Counted from the first letter of the stretch, positions 30,431-51,853 are shown. The stretch: DNA of 64,000 bases from Amoebidium appalachense (GCA_963693365.1 CAVNZM010000013.1:5322640-5386639); one strand, 5' to 3'. Notes: generated from the letters alone by a model not told the origin. Program-made: numbers and translations.

Positions 30431-30554
30431 GGCCCTCTCTGGGGATGTGTTCTGCTTATATACTGTGCACTTTGCTGATGTGGCGTACTTGAATGTTTGC
30501 CTTTGCATGTGTCCTACGCCATGCTTCTCATCGTGTATGTGCACCTCATGCCGT
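30431..30554. repeat. Dispersed repeat family A, copy 2
   Basis: High similarity to 16719-16850; preceded by a poly-C tract. Confidence 0.8.
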
Positions 30555-30660
30555 TAATGATTTCCCATTCAAACCCCCTCGCCGGGTGCCGAGGAAAGTG
30601 TGTCTGAGCTGCTGGGCTTTCATATACGAGGTGAGGTGAATGGGTCGAAACTCCTGATAA

Positions 30661-30704
<44 letters not shown>

Positions 30705-30928
30705 ACCAGCACCACCACCACCACCACCACTACCGACTTGGACCCCAAGGAGAGGCCCTACAAAGATGAAGCACACTCTTTAAAGACCGTGTGTGCTTTA
30801 CACAATCTGTAATCGATTGTGTTGTTTTCGTGAAATGTGTACTTAACACTCTGCAACCCCCTCCCTCCCCCCCCCCTCCCCCCCCCCTGAATACACACAC
30901 ACACACGCGCGCACACACACACACGCGT

Positions 30929-30974
<46 letters not shown>

Positions 30975-31088
30975 CGATGCCCATTGCTATTTTTCCTTTC
31001 CCCCCAAGTCCGCCCATCAAGTGCTTACATTTCAGGCTTGCAACTCCTCCAGGCTTGAAAAGTCTTTCATGCTCCTCATGATTTCCTA

Positions 31089-31373
<285 letters not shown>

Positions 31374-31440
31374 CTACCACCCCCATCAACCCAACGCATC
31401 CCCCCTCCCCCCTCCCCCCCACAACAACAACCAAAAAAAA

Positions 31441-31474
<34 letters not shown>

Positions 31475-32044
31475 AACCCCCTCCGCCCCTGCCCCTTACG
31501 TGTTTTCGAAAGTTTTCCTTTAAGCTTCTTTTTTTCTTTCTTTCTTTCATTTTTTTTTTTGCCTAGTTGGCCAGTCTGTAACGTTGGTATGGTAGCCTTG
31601 GGGGGCCCGTACGCGTACCCACCCAAAGACATCGGTATATTGGAATAAAATGTCACTAAAGGCGGTGGAAAAAACGCAATTGTATAATATCATTAGAAAG
31701 CTCTTGTCGGAGTCCATGCAGGTAAGATTTCAGTTTTATGAGGGTTGTTTTCTTTGCATACTCAATCATATTTATTCTTTTGACTATCACATGATCGTCA
31801 ACTCATACGAATAGTTATCATCGAACTATGTAAGAATCTACTATTATTAATATTGACCAAGTTGAAGATATGCCATCACCTAGGATTTTATCTATCATGG
31901 AACCTTTCCTTTAGTGCAGTATACTATTTGATGGAACATTAAGTTATGTGCATGCGCATAAATAAGTTGTGATGGTGGAAGTGCCTGCATGCCAAAGCTG
32001 CCGACAATGCTGGTTCAACTGCAGCATGCACGTTAGTCTTCTCC

Positions 32045-32076
<32 letters not shown>

Positions 32077-32780
32077 TTGGGGGCTGTGTCTGTGCCATCT
32101 GTTGGTGTGTATCGTTCACACAACAACACCAACAACAAAACAGGAGAGAAGAAAGTGAGAGTAGGAGAAGGGGGGATTGGGGGGGGGGGGGGGGGGGGGG
32201 GGGGAGAGGGAGGGAGGAGAGAGAGAGAGCTCGAGAGAGAGTTAGAGAGGGGGGCGGCCGCAGAAGGGAGGGAGGGGCAGAGAGACAGGAGCCTGAGGGA
32301 CAGAGAGAGAGGGACAGATCTAGAGGGAGAGATAGAGGGAGGGTGGGTGGGTGGCAAGAGAGAGGGAGAACTCAAGAGAGTTCTCTCTCTAGAGAGGGAG
32401 AGAGAGGAAGAGGGGGAGAGAGAGAGAGAGAGAGAGAAAGAGGGAGATATAAAGAGAAAGAGAGATATATATAGAGAAAGAGAGAGAGAGCTAATTCTAG
32501 ATGCAGTCTGAGTAACTGCAACATTCATTCACATAGTCGTTTACTCAGCAAGAATTTTCAACAGTTTACTTTCGTTCCTTTGGCTGTCATAGTGCCTTAC
32601 AGCGCCTTTCCCGTATCCTTTGCCCTGAATCCACCCAAGTACAGTAACTAGGTTATGGGCTGTGCACACTGAAACGGGCACAAGCAATTTGACAAAGACA
32701 CGTGCATATGTGCTCTGCGAGGAGTATAAATGTTGAGGGTGTGTAGATTTTAGGCACATACCTTGGGAGAGGGTGTGGCA

Positions 32781-32816
<36 letters not shown>

Positions 32817-33034
32817 CTGTGCGCTCAACATTTCCTGGCCAGTTTTGAGAGAGCAGCCGAGCCATACGTGCAAGAGGCGACCGGGAAGGGGCAGAAGCCG
32901 CGGCAGAGCAAGTGTTAAGTCAAGCCACATTCATTCCATTCCATACGAAAGAATAAACCATCCCACAACTAAGTTGACTGACATTATTTCAAGAAAGCAG
33001 GAAAGGAGAGGCCCACATATCATTTCAGTGCTGC

Positions 33035-33070
<36 letters not shown>

Positions 33071-33168
33071 CCCCTCTCCCACCCCCCACCCCCCCACCCA
33101 ACACACACACAGAGAGCCAATAGCACCATCAACACCTTCCTAATAAGGCAATAAATACACCCCATATC

Positions 33169-40173
<7,005 letters not shown>

Positions 40174-40672
40174 GAAGCATGAAAAACGGTGGAGTAGGCT
40201 CAATTTCGCTGGATTATTTCTCAATTTGCCTCCCTTTTCTAAAGTGTTGATAACGTGTCTGTATAAGCTTGATTTCCACACATGCTATTCCCTTTTTCCA
40301 ACATTAACTTGCGCGTGTGTTCTTTCAGCAGACAAGTCTACCAGCGCACCTACAACTGACTGTTGACTCCGGGGCTTTCGTTTGCGCGCGTTTGCGCATA
40401 CATAGTCTACCACGACGTCGCCTCATTTATGACGTCACGAACTCGACACAAGGCCTCCCTCAAAAGGAAACCCCGGCACAAATAAAAGTGCCAAGATATT
40501 GTAGGAGACCTTGCCACCATGCATGGGAATTGTTTTGTGCGGGAGTACGTGCTGATGTCTGCTTGTCACAGATTTGAAACTTTGCGTATGTGCCTCTGTG
40601 GCTGTGTGGCTGTGCGCCTGTGCATTAGTGCCTGCCTGCCTGCGTGTTTGTTCGATATTCGGTGCACATGTT

Positions 40673-40715
40673 TCAACCTTTCGTTCGTGTTTCAAAGTCT
40701 CTCCGCCACCCTCCT

Positions 40716-40753
<38 letters not shown>

Positions 40754-42041
40754 CTTTAACCCGGAATCCCCTGGCCATTCCCTGGTACTCCACCATGCGA
40801 TTTCTGCCGTACACTGTACACCACACACGTACACACACACAATGAAAGTACATAGAAAACACACTCCTTTCTTACCAGTGATGGTGTTGGTGTCATACAC
40901 TTCGTCCCGCAGTGGCAGCCCCGCAGCCTCAATGGCGGCACGGCCATACCAAAATAGCTTCTTGGCCCAGCGGAGATCCCAGTCTGCGAGCGCGGTGGCC
41001 AGGCCCTCTTCAAGTTGGGCTGTCGTACCACCGGGACCAATTGTGGCCGGTGCGTCGTGGGCGACCGCCACACGATAGGCGGCTTCGCGCAGAGTCGTGG
41101 GCGCGCGGGGGAGAGGGAGGGTCAGTGACGTGGATCTCGAACAGCAGCGCAGGCATTACCCAGTAGTGCCTTCGGGACTCGGGACACCAGGTCAGCTACG
41201 CCGTCTACTTTGTCCAGTTCAAAATGTGCAAAACAATTCCAAAAGACCCACCTATCAGGCTGGTAAGTTTGACGCCACATTCCAGCCCGGATCCGGAGGC
41301 CGTGATTTCATAGAAGTGCGGATTGAGCACCGTGTCGGCTGCGGGGTGGTCAATGTTGAATGGTGCGTAGGGCCATCCGTAGTACTCGCCATCCTCATCC
41401 GGCACGCGCCTGACGTTTCGGAGGCGACTGCTCATGACACAAATCTGCGTCCCAGACTCTACGAAAGGGAGAGCCACCGTGACCCGGATTCCATCCGGTG
41501 CAAACCACCACGTGTTGTGGTCGTAACTTGAACACAGGCGGTCTAGCCAGTGGCCCTCCAGCTCGCCCACCGTCGTGATGCACGTTACACTCGTTCCTCC
41601 ATCACGTTTACGGCGCGGTGGCATAATCATGCATCTGTTCAACCTCAATAGAATGCTATCCAGGTACATCATCAAGGGCCGTGGTTGGAGCATTCTGATT
41701 GGGCGTTAGAGCATAAAGAGATTCGGGCATTTGGATTGGTCGTTAGTGGCTTCAAGCTTAAGTCCTGGGTATGCTTTGCCCCTGCCACCGGTGTACTCCT
41801 CTACAGCGACAACCCCATCAACATCGTCCGGACCCACAAGGCCGGGGACTATGCTCATGCAAACTCCTACTGGACGACCTCACGGCCGCCTTTTGGCAAC
41901 CGCCGAAATGCAGCGCCCCCACACCGAGCGCACCGGGGCACCCGTGCTAACTGTGTCCACTCCGGACCGGATCCACCTATGGGTGCACCACAGCCGCCGG
42001 GCGCAGCTGTAGTAGCAGATGTGGGCAAGGAAAAGAGGTAG
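40673..42041 (-). other. GC-rich, intron-less, coding-like segment with broken frames; unidentified relic (TE, viral or pseudogene)
   Basis: Minus-strand frames 41693-41205 and 41071-40673 read as complex protein sequence but are separated by stops and frameshifts. A plus-strand ORF lies at 41685-42041. No family was recognised. Confidence 0.3.
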
Positions 42042-42131
42042 TGCAAGGGCAAAACAAAGGCTGGCAACCCCTGCAAGAACGTGGTGAAATCCACAACCCA
42101 CTGCCATATGCACAAGCCCAAATAGACATAA

Positions 42132-42162
<31 letters not shown>

Positions 42163-42280
42163 GCCATCCCCACCCACCCTCGCCCACGTGTGTCCCCCCT
42201 CCCCATCCCCACTCACCCCCGCCCACGTGTGTCCCCTCCACCCCCCCAGCCCCCCAGCCCCCCAGCCCCCCCACCCCCAC

Positions 42281-42318
<38 letters not shown>

Positions 42319-42446
42319 ACACCCCCCCCCCCCCCCCACTGGCACCCCCCCCCCCCCCCTCAGCCCCCCACCTCTCCCCAGCCCCCACCCCCCCAGCCCC
42401 CACCCCCCCAGCCCCCCAAGCCCCCCAGCCCCCCAGCCCCCCAGCC

Positions 42447-42727
42447 CCCCTGCTGCCGGAACCAGGCCCCCCAGTGGTGGCAGTGAGTGTCGCAGTGGCA
42501 ACATACTCTATGCACAGATATCATTTTCTCACTGTGAGTGGCTTGCCAGCCCCGCCTTCCTCACGTGCTCCTGTGCACCCCCAGCCTCCTGAACCCATGC
42601 CCCCCAGTGGTGGCAGTCCTCCCCCCAGCCCCCCCAGCCTCCTGAACCAGGCCCCCCAGTGGTGGCAGTCCCCCCCAGCACCCCCTGCTGCCGGAACCAG
42701 GCCCCCCAGTGGTGGCAGTGAGTGTCT
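42447..42727. repeat. GC-rich minisatellite/local duplication
   Basis: CCCCCAGTGGTGGCAGT occurs four times. The unit CCCCTGCTGCCGGAACCAGGCCCCCAGTGGTGGCAGTGAGTGTC occurs at ~42447 and ~42682. Confidence 0.8.
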
Positions 42728-42748
42728 TACATGCTATGCTATTGTATG

Positions 42749-42855
42749 CCCACATGGCCAGATGGCCAGATTGTTTTGACTCCGGGTGAATGGTGTCCGC
42801 TTAATCCATTCTTTTTCACACACTAACTTTGGATCTGGCCATCTGGCTATCTGGG
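42749..42855. mobile_element. Tiny (~107 bp) inverted-repeat element
   Basis: CCCACATGGCCAGATGGCCAGAT at the left end versus the reverse complement of the right end, CCCAGATAGCCAGATGGCCAGAT. Confidence 0.5.
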
Positions 42856-42998
42856 TATATAAACCGTTTTCTGTTATAATATCGGAGAACTGTCTGAATA
42901 GTGATTAAATAAAAGTGATAGAAAGGAGTCACTGTGGAAAAAACAATCGGAAAATCCCTTCAGTTTGACAACCAATCAGAGTGAAGCAATATAATATA

Positions 42999-43352
42999 TT
43001 GGGAAGCTCGTGTAAATTGTAACGGTTCAGGGTCAAGCCGTAGGCCTTAACGGGCCGCCTGGCTCGGCCCGAGGCCGCCTGGCTCGGGCCTTTGGGACCG
43101 TGGACCAGGAACCGGGAGGTCCCCCCACCCACGCGAGCCCGGCCCGGCCCGCACGCGCCCAGGCCCGCCCAGGCCCGCCCAGGCCCGGCCCGGCCTGGCC
43201 CGGCCCGGATTGGCCCAACCCGGCCCGGGGAGGGGGTTAGCATCTACCCGCCGTCCGCCGGGGCCCGGGCTGGCGGCCTCGGGCCGGGCCTGGCGGTCCG
43301 TTAAGGCCTACGGCCTGACCCTGAACCGTTACAACCTACACGAGCTTCCCAA
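42999..43352. mobile_element. Fold-back MITE with ~80-bp terminal inverted repeats and a GGCCC-rich core
   Basis: TTGGGAAGCTCGTGTAAATTGTAACGGTTCAGGGTCAAGCCGTAGGCCTTAACGG.. pairs with ..CCGTTAAGGCCTACGGCCTGACCCTGAACCGTTACAACCTACACGAGCTTCCCAA with few mismatches. Confidence 0.85.
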
Positions 43353-43974
43353 CTGCCGCATGGTTTCTAATAAATGATTGGTTACTGAGTCTAACTATCG
43401 GTTGGATCGAATTCTGGCGCCAAACCCCACTGGTGTTGCTATTGGCTGTTGGAGGGTAAAGAATTTCCTGTGGAATGTGAGTGCCGCACGAGAAGTCTGT
43501 ATGTCTGTCAGTGTGACATCAGCTTGTGACATCCCCGGCGATGACATTCACGAGGCGAGTTCACCGTTTCAGGAAGTTTCGTGGTGCATACAATTATAAG
43601 CGTTTACACTTGTAGGAACCTACACCCAGTTTTTTCCCACAAGCCTCTTGGGTTGGTTGTGCACGTGTCACGGGCAACAGTAAAGTGGTCAACACTTCTC
43701 TTTTTGAATCCCTTTCCACCTCCTCTGCTATGCCGTATAGCTTGACCTTCTACCTAGAAACAAGGTGGTAAGGGTGTATATTACTACTACTTGTCTTGAG
43801 CTGCACGCTTATAGCACTGTGCGGAAGCAGACATTTGCTTTAATTTTGTGCGCATAAGCTTTCAAAGGCACAAAAGTCCTCCAACTACACCCACGAGCAC
43901 CACAATTTCTGCATTCTGGTTGCTGAATTGAAACACTGTAGAAGCTTTATCCGGAGACACCTCGCCATTTCAAC

Positions 43975-44302
43975 ATGGAGGTCAAAGTACCATTTTTCGA
44001 GAACCTGTCCAGCACATTCGCCTTTGACACGTCAAGGGGCCTGCCAACCGCGCCCTTTCTTGACGCGTGCATGGCAACACAAGCACTGTTTGGTATTAAT
44101 CCTACCCCCCCTCCGCCCCCTCTTCCTGCCCTCCCCTCTTTCCACCAGCCGACCTGCCCCTCTCTTGTGCTGGTGCCCCCCCCTCTCCGCCCCCCCAACA
44201 CACACGCACTCCACTACTTACACTTCTCCTTGGCCCAAAAGCCCCCCCCCCCCCCCCCCCCCTCCCTCTCTCCCTTTCTCTCTCTCTACTCACTTCTGCC
44301 CC

Positions 44303-44341
<39 letters not shown>

Positions 44342-44855
44342 ACTGCCAACCCCTCTACCTTGTTGCTCTTACCCCTCCCTTCAGCCCGGCACTTTGTATT
44401 ACTGACTCAATCCTCATTCTTGGTCGTCCGTCCTTTCCACTCCACCTCTGTTCACGAATAAATACACAAGAGTATGTGTGCGTGCAGGCACCATATGGTG
44501 AGCCATCGGTTAGTCTAGGTCTGACTTTTTTTTGGCCCTTTTTAGTGTCAGCAACTCCCCTGCCACGCTTTCTTTGCCCTGCTTCTAACAGACCGCATCC
44601 CACAGATGTGCTTGGGCCCAAGGGTTTCTACTTGATTAGCGTCGACATTACAGGAAACACAAAGGTGTGTCCCCTGTTGGAACCCTGCATGCTTTCATGC
44701 TGCACAGACTCTCCTTCGTTTTTCTGGCATTACCTCTCTCTTGTGATCCCCCTCCCCCCTCCCCCGCCCCCCCCCCTCACCGCTCCCCTCTTCTGCCTTT
44801 ATCTCTCCCCCCCCCCCCCACCCACCCACCCACCCACCCCCTCCTCTCTCGGCAC

Positions 44856-44904
<49 letters not shown>

Positions 44905-45117
44905 CCCCCCCCCCCCCCCCCCCCCCCCCCGCTAGCCGTGCACCTGTCTGTGATTACATGCCTACCCTATATTTTCTTTAGTATCCTCCCTCCCCCAGCC
45001 TCCCCCCCTCAACCTCCCGTCACCCCCCCCCCCCCCCCCCCTCCCCCTCTCCCCCACCGCCCCTCCTCCCCAGCCTCCAACCACCATGTGCCACGTGAGA
45101 TGCCTGTTTTGAATCCC

Positions 45118-45150
<33 letters not shown>

Positions 45151-45988
45151 ACCCCCTGCTCACCCTTCCTCATGCTCGTGGTCACAGATACGTTAAACTC
45201 CTTTCTAAGACTTTGATTCCAACCCCTCCACCCCTCCACGTGCACACACATACTCACCACCCCCTTCCCATCCCTCCCTCCCTCACACTCCCCCCCCCCC
45301 CCCTCCCCACCCCCCCACCATCCTTTCTCCCCTTCCTCCCCGGTGATAATGGACTCTGTTCGAGGGTTCCTTGGCTGCACACTTCTCAGTTTGGTTTCAT
45401 TGTCTTTCTTTTATCTGTTGTTTTGTCGTCAGTCCATTTCGCTTTCTTACCTTCCACCCTGTAATATCCCCCCCCCCCCCCCCCCCTCTCCCCCCCATCC
45501 CCCTTTCCCTTCTCCCCCCCCCCCCCCCCCCCCCCCGCCCAGGAGAAAACAATATCCCTTAGTATCCCCCATCCCTCCCTTTATCCCCCCTCCCTTCTTC
45601 TCTCCCTCTCCCCCTCCCTCCCCCCTCCCCCTCTCCCTTCCTCTGTCCCTCCCCCCTCCCTCCCTCCCTCCCCTCGGTTCCTCTCTCCCTCTCCCCTCCC
45701 TCTCTCCCATCTCCTCCCCCTCCCCCCTCCCCCCTTCTGCCTGTCTCTCTCTGTTTCCCTCTCTCCCTCTTGCCTCATTTCCATTCCTCCTCCCACCAAT
45801 CCCTCCCCTTGCTCCCTAGTTCCCTCTCTTTCTACCTCACCTGGATCCCCCCCCCCCCCCCCCCCCCCCTCCCCGCCATGGCTTCCCCCTGGGAATGGGC
45901 TCTGCTTATCTGCATACTCTTTACGTTTGGTTTGCACTCTACATTGTGTTGTCCGTTGTGAAAGTATACTTCGTACTCTATGGCGCAC

Positions 45989-46024
<36 letters not shown>

Positions 46025-46380
46025 ACCTTTTAACTCCCTCGGCTCTCGTTGTGACTATCTCTTCCTCCTGCATTCCCCTCCCACTCATGTCTATGTTTTT
46101 TTTCATGTCAAACAGAAAGTACAAGATCACTACACGCACTCATCAGATAAGCGGCACACGATCCAAGCACTCTTATTGGAGGAGATACGCACCAATCGGC
46201 ATTGGGATGACGGCTCTATGGTCGAGGCCGTGGCTGCAATAAGAAGGTGGAGACCCCCTCCCCCAACCCCCCTCCCCCTTCTTCCCCCCCCCCCTCCCCC
46301 CAACCCCCTCCCCCCTGGGATGTACGAAGATGTCAGGTACGAAGATGTCAGTACAGATACAAGAGACACGGCCACACACA

Positions 46381-46415
<35 letters not shown>

Positions 46416-46722
46416 CCCTCCCGCACACACACTCACTGACACACACATCCAAGTCCACGCGTGCACATGTGCACTCACAGGCATATAATCCACACGCTTC
46501 CACAAATACACACACACACCCCGCAAGAGTGTGGGCAAGCAGACACAACATCATATATCCACATGTCGTGCCCGTCCTCCCTGGGCTGTGCCGATGAAAG
46601 ACGGGGAAAGGGGAGGGAGGGAGGGGGGAGGGGGGGCGGTGGGGGGGGGGGGGAGGATATGTCGTGTACCGGCTGTACCTCCTGATTCCCTCCCCCCCAC
46701 CACCATCACCACCACCAATGCC

Positions 46723-46813
<91 letters not shown>

Positions 46814-46928
46814 ACACACACACACCTAAACACACACACAGACACACACACACACACACACACACAGAGACACACACACACACACACACACATGCACACA
46901 CACACATGCACGCATGCACACACACACG

Positions 46929-47004
<76 letters not shown>

Positions 47005-47138
47005 GTACTTGAGTTTCTGCACGTGTTTCTGACGCACTTTGAGAGCACGGACTTTGACACGTACACGTGCTGTGACAGCGCATACGCACAGACACTCAGG
47101 CCCCACTACAGTGTGTTCTCTCGTACAGTCCTGGGGGT

Positions 47139-47206
<68 letters not shown>

Positions 47207-47946
47207 ATGCACGCGTGTGTGTTTGGGGGGGGGGGGGGGGGGGGGGGAGTGGAGGGGGGTTGATTTAGGGTATCTGAGCCATTAACCGTTTTTGTACTCG
47301 ATCTATGCAATATCTCAGCTCCCAATATAGATACTTTCTTTTTGTCGGAGGAAGAATATAATGCAAATCTTCACTCTATAAAATAAAATGGCGCTTCTGG
47401 TCTAATTTATTAACAAAAACATGAAAAGCAAGTGATGTCTACATCTTACCCATTAACCGAACACCTCGATCTTTACATCTATTGGTTGCATATCATATGT
47501 TTACCGTTGCCAGGTTGTGACTGAATGCTTTCACGTCAGCATCGGTCGGTCGGATGGGATGTCGACAGAAGCTCATGTTTATCAGCTTCATCTAGAAAAA
47601 AGTTGTCAATAATATGGAATTATTATTTCAACCATATATTAAAAAGTTTCGGATGAATTAGAGCTTTTCTAAAGACCTTTTCCATGTGCTCCATCCGGGC
47701 ACGCATAAAATGTACACGAACGATTCAACGGAATCTCGATGTCGACATTAAGGAACCAATCGACTTCAGCTACCGCACTTACTTACGTCAGGACCGGATC
47801 TGGTCAGAGCCAATGAAATCACCAGATCTGTTGTTCGGTTAATGGTTGTTCGGTTGCAAAACGCATCTGCCCTACCTTGATTTTCTTTTCTCTTTTTCCC
47901 TTTGGATTGGGGAAAGGAAGGAGGGGGGGGGGGGGGGGGGGGGGGG

Positions 47947-47983
<37 letters not shown>

Positions 47984-48144
47984 ACTTTTGCTAAGATGTG
48001 GGTGGGAGGAATGCACGAGGGATTGGATGAGTTCTGGTGGTGATGGAGCCCCTCCCCCCCCCCCCCCCCCCCCCCCCTCCCCGGGGGGCGGGGGAGGAAT
48101 TCTCAATGAAGTGGAATGATGGGATTGGTGCCTTTTTTTTTTCT

Positions 48145-48180
<36 letters not shown>

Positions 48181-48644
48181 CTGCGGTGGTGGGCAGGGGG
48201 CAAGGGGTAGGGGGCATGCGTGGATGGTGAAGCACTGGTGGCAGTTTGGGAGGGGACAGAGGAAAGTGAGGGTTGGGGATTATGCTCCTTACTGGTGGAT
48301 AGGTGGTTTTTTTGTTCTTGTCTTTGTGCTTTCTTCCTTTTTTCCTCTCCCACCCCTCCCCGCCTTCCCCTCCCCCCCTCTCCCCCCCCTCTCCCCCCCC
48401 CCCCCCCCCCCCCCCAAGTCTTCATTTAAAAATAAAGGAACTAGTATAGAGACGGGGGTGGGAGATGGAGGGGACGTTTTGTTTACGGGAAAGAGAGGGG
48501 GGAGGGGGGCGGGGGAAGGGGGCAGATGATATTAAAGATTGGGAATGTGGGTAGCAGAAAGGTCAACATGGGTAGGGGAAGTGTTGGGGTGTTTGGGGGT
48601 AGGTAGTGGCGATTGTAGGGTGTGTGTGTGTGTGTGTGTGTGTG

Positions 48645-48719
<75 letters not shown>

Positions 48720-48785
48720 TTGTGTTGTGGGTGGGTGGGTGGGTGTGTAGGAGGGGCAAATGGGTCGATGGCGGGGGCCTCCGAA

Positions 48786-48822
<37 letters not shown>

Positions 48823-48873
48823 AAGAATCGGAATACGAGGGGATGTGAGACTTGGGGAATCAATTTTTTTGGG

Positions 48874-48908
<35 letters not shown>

Positions 48909-49516
48909 AAGAATCGGAATACGAGGGGATGTGAGACTTTGGGAATTAATGTTAGAGTAGCGGCAGAAGTGTTACAGACACAAGCATTCCCAGTTGAGTT
49001 TAAATTGAAGTTTTAATTTTAACAGTAAAACGTTTCTTGATTCAGGTGGCTTTTAAAGCGGCACCGAGCAGGCACGAACTCGTCAATATCTTCACCGGTA
49101 CGTGTCTCCGATTGCGTGCGATTGAAATTTTACTGCATGAAAATGTCGCTAATATTAGATTTTTTGTTGACTTTTACTATACTGCGTAGTTGTCTGTTAC
49201 TTCTAATCGTGTACAAAGGTGTTTGGGCCAAAAGTGTTATACAGGAGTATAGGAAAGGACAAGTGGGGGATCCGAATATACCGATATCACCGTATGTCTT
49301 TACTACACTCTCGACGATACCTCGTGCGTTCTTTGTGCAACCTCCTACGAATACAGAAGCCATTTTTTTTTTTGTTGTCGTGCCGGTCGATTGGTGCTGT
49401 GCAGTTGGGTGGGGGCGGGGAACATAGGGGTTAGGTTATTGCAAGTGAGTGAGTGTGTCTGTATATGTGCATCGTGTGAAGGTTTTGCGCCTGTGTGTAC
49501 CCGCATGGCCCCCCGG

Positions 49517-49548
<32 letters not shown>

Positions 49549-50027
49549 AGGAGGGGAAGCAATGGGTGGTGTAGGCAGCAGAAAGATAGTTTTGCACGAA
49601 TAGGGCTCCTCTGTTTCTCCGAGGATGCGTGCAATACACCTACGTTTTAGGTCTCCCTCATTCCACCTTCCCCCCCCCCCCCCCCCCCCCTTCCTCCCCG
49701 CTCCCCCCATCCCTCCCCATTCCTCCCCATCCCTTCCCCCTGCCTCCGAAAATAAGAGGGAACGAAAACCACCGCACACCTCCTTTTTTGAACCTGCCAC
49801 TAATCAACCCCCCCTCCCCCTCCTCCCCACCCCAACCCCTCGTTTCCCCCAATTCCTCAGACATGCTCACGGATGCACAGAGACATGCACGTGCGCACAT
49901 GCACACACACGTGCACTCCCCCCCCCCCCCCCCCCCCACAAACCCCGCAACACATTCACACACACACACACAAACACACACATACACTCACACATACACA
50001 TTACCCCCCCCCCCCCCCCCCCCCGCT

Positions 50028-50064
<37 letters not shown>

Positions 50065-50301
50065 ACTCACACACTCACACACTGACACTCCAACACATCA
50101 GGTGTGAGCGAAGAGGCAGCGGCGTCAGAAGCTCCAAGCGATTTTGCACACAGGGAGGCCCGAGTGAATGAAGAAGTCCGTGTATATGCAAAGGGGATAA
50201 AGAACGTACTAGCAGTGTTGAGAAAATTCTACGTGTCGATGAATCTCGATCCGGAGGAGGAGGAGGAAGGGGGGAAGAGCACAGACCACCCACAAGAATA
50301 A
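43975..50301 (+). CDS. Glycolipid transfer protein (GLTP/HET-C2 fold) family member, ~230 aa, 6 exons
   Basis: Exons 43975-44092, 44606-44664, 46116-46246, 47004-47136, 49046-49097, 50102-50301 (693 nt). [72 protein letters not shown] aligns by eye with GLTP. Confidence 0.88.
45880..45980. repeat. Dispersed repeat family A, diverged copy 3
   Basis: CTGGGAATGGGCTCTGCTTAT..GCATA..GTATACTTCGTAC matches the ends of the copy at 16719; flanked by poly-C. Confidence 0.5.
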
Positions 50302-50889
50302 AAATTTTAAAGACATATTTATAAATGGATATGGGAATTTAAAATTTATTAAAGCAGAGGTTTTTATCGCTGCGTGCAGTTACTGTATTAGCTTGTGAGT
50401 TAGAGGGTTTACAGTTTTTCAGAGGCTTTTTTTCTTTATCCCTTGTGTAGTAGAGAGATTTATTGGGTGCTGAGCCCCGAGCGTCACAACTTGAAGATAA
50501 TATTATACTTAAGCGTATTGGTGTAATTTATGTGAAATCCATATTCGCAAGGAAACATCTGTATCTATGAGATGTGTATGTAAGCGTGATTCTGGACACC
50601 TATCAGAAATGTTCCCCTCTGCCAATAAAAACTTTACGACACAGATTCCTCCAATTTCACCAGTTATTCTCATGTCCGTTTATATGTGTATGGCTCTAAC
50701 TTTATCTCTATTATCGGTCGGGAATGAGAGAGGGAGGTTGGGAGGGGGGAGGGGGGCGGCATCGTACTAGTCACTTTACTTCTCGATTGCTACTAAGGGG
50801 GTAGGACGGGTTGGTTTGGGGTGGAAAGTTTACAAGGCTATTCATCTCGATTGCTATTATGGAAGGTTAGGGCAAGGGTAGAGATTGCG

Positions 50890-50954
<65 letters not shown>

Positions 50955-51252
50955 CTCAATTTCCCAGTTAGTAGGGAATGGCTGGTCTTTCCCCCTTTAA
51001 CTCATTTTGGTTTCAACTCCCACCAGCATCTCCATGCCTCTACCTTTGCATACAGGTGAAGACCATTTACTGACATCTAGGTTTTTGAAAGCCGAATGCA
51101 TACTTGCACCCGGAAACAAGATCTCAGATATCGCCTAAGAAGAAGTCTGCGGCAACCATGGATCCACCCCCCTCCCTGTCTCTCCCTCTCTGCCTCCCTC
51201 ATCCAGACACGAATTGATCACGACCTTGTGTGCGCACGTGCACACACACGTA

Positions 51253-51283
<31 letters not shown>

Positions 51284-51853
51284 GCGCGCGCGCGACTCAC
51301 GCACACATGCGCGCCTGTACAGACCCCCCTCCCCCCCCCCCCCCCCCCACCACCACCACCACCAGCACCACCACCAACCAAAAAAGAAAGACATATCTTT
51401 CACTGCTCACGTAAATTCAAACATGAGCAGTAAAAGGCCCGATCGTCTGAAACACATCAACAACACAATGCTCCACCCAAAACTAGGTGAAGAAAATTGC
51501 CGCGGTAACTCGTTACAACATTCAATATAACCAAGGCCAGGGAGAAAGAGAACGAGAGAGCTCACGCAAGAATCCCGAAGCACGTACCAAGAGAAGAAAT
51601 CAACTATCCGTTAGACACTGTGACACCCATCCACTAACGGGTTTAAAACATATCGATGGATTCTCTACTTATCCATAAATGTACACATGAAATTCCACGG
51701 CTGGGGGTTAGTAGTGTCTACTTGAATACGCCTGAAATTGCACGCCTGGGGGGTAGTAATCTCATTAGTGTACACACTGAATTTCACGCCTGGGGGGTAG
51801 TAATTTCATTAATGTACACACTGAATTTCACTCCTGAAAGTAGTAATATATAC

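Noticed and set aside
32541-32760. Minus-strand ORF tail downstream of TAF8
   Set aside because: No recognisable motifs; likely UTR or intergenic.
47450-47845. Inverted CCATTAACCGAACA repeats in a GLTP intron
   Set aside because: Short and degenerate, with unclear boundaries; possibly an old MITE.
48821-48947. ~40-bp direct repeat separated by poly-G
   Set aside because: Likely slippage or an assembly artefact next to homopolymers.
50891-50954. ~64-nt pure G run as a functional G-quadruplex
   Set aside because: Homopolymer lengths are unreliable and such runs are ubiquitous in this window.
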